Below are positions 1 through 64,000 of a DNA stretch of 64,000 bases, piece by piece. The translations under genes were made by a program, and so were the position numbers. Under the pieces are notes generated by a model. It saw only the letters and a program-made list of their open reading frames with translations, ran no database searches and was not told where the DNA came from. Location of the stretch: contig NC_043023.1 of assembly GCF_006345805.1 (NCBI RefSeq), forward strand, positions 9,052,001 through 9,116,000. The letters run 5' to 3'. This stretch comes from Octopus sinensis. Lineage: Eukaryota. Position 1 is the stretch's first letter; every line of letters starts with the position of its first letter.

Positions 1-126
1 TAATTTTTCCACTCCTACTTCCTTTTCTTCTACATCTACATCCAGTTGATTAGACACATGCGTATTTAAAATTTCGTGAATAATCATTTTTATACCATTT
101 CTAACCAATTCTCTTCCAACTTACAG

Positions 127-63435
<63,309 letters not shown>

Positions 63436-64000
63436 GTTGGTAACATTATGGCGTGTTGTTAACTGCCTGTAAATTGGCAATTGTGTCTATGGATAAATAA
63501 TTTCAACGCCTATTAAATTTCATGTTGGTGGATAGTTCAGTAAATATGTGACATTGATATTTTGTAATAAGTCACTGTTGTTCTTGCTGCTACGGCTGTT
63601 GTTTATTACTTTAAACTCACGATGGGGTCCGTTAGGTGCACCAAGTCGCCATCCTCAATAAAATGCGTGAGGTTTCTTCCAACACGGATGTGAAGGACAC
63701 AGAAACAGTCATCTCTCCTGGAATTAATATCTATTGCTTTGAAACTCTCAGACTGTTACTCTAAGTGATAGATATTTAATAGCACAATAAACATGTTTGC
63801 AGCTTAGAATTTTAATCATTGGTCGTTTCATGATTCTCTTACAAGATCTCTCCTCTTATTTAACTGACAATTTGTGTCAATAATCCACATGTATCCAATA
63901 TTTATCAGTTTTTACAACACTCCTATTAACCATAAAAACCATATCCCTATATATTATAGATTATTTAAGCCTAAGCGAAGAGTTGAACTCACCCAATATG

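Overview
AT-rich, microsatellite- and SINE-laden eukaryotic DNA, probably from an octopus or other coleoid cephalopod (inferred from repeat character, not checked). Almost all ORFs in the supplied track are microsatellite artefacts. Reading splice sites by hand gives 22 phase-compatible GT-AG exons on the + strand (127-63435; 826 codons, no stops). They encode part of an adhesion GPCR ectodomain: 9 LRR exons, LRRCT, a Ly6/uPAR (three-finger) domain, a SEA-like domain, HRM, and GAIN/GPS (HL|TSFAILM). The N-terminus and 7TM lie outside the window. The first 26 kb is a young tandem array (~9 kb period) of symmetric 72-nt single-LRR exon cassettes. It shows four exon-removing junctions, patchwork conversion-like tracts, and one cassette pair that differs only by amino-acid-changing codons, mostly in the concave-face strand, inside near-identical introns. 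This is a candidate diversifying LRR-receptor system. Introns also hold hammerhead-ribozyme motifs in Penelope-like remnants, a Helitron, a MITE, LINE and Tc1/mariner remnants, and several tRNA-SINE families.
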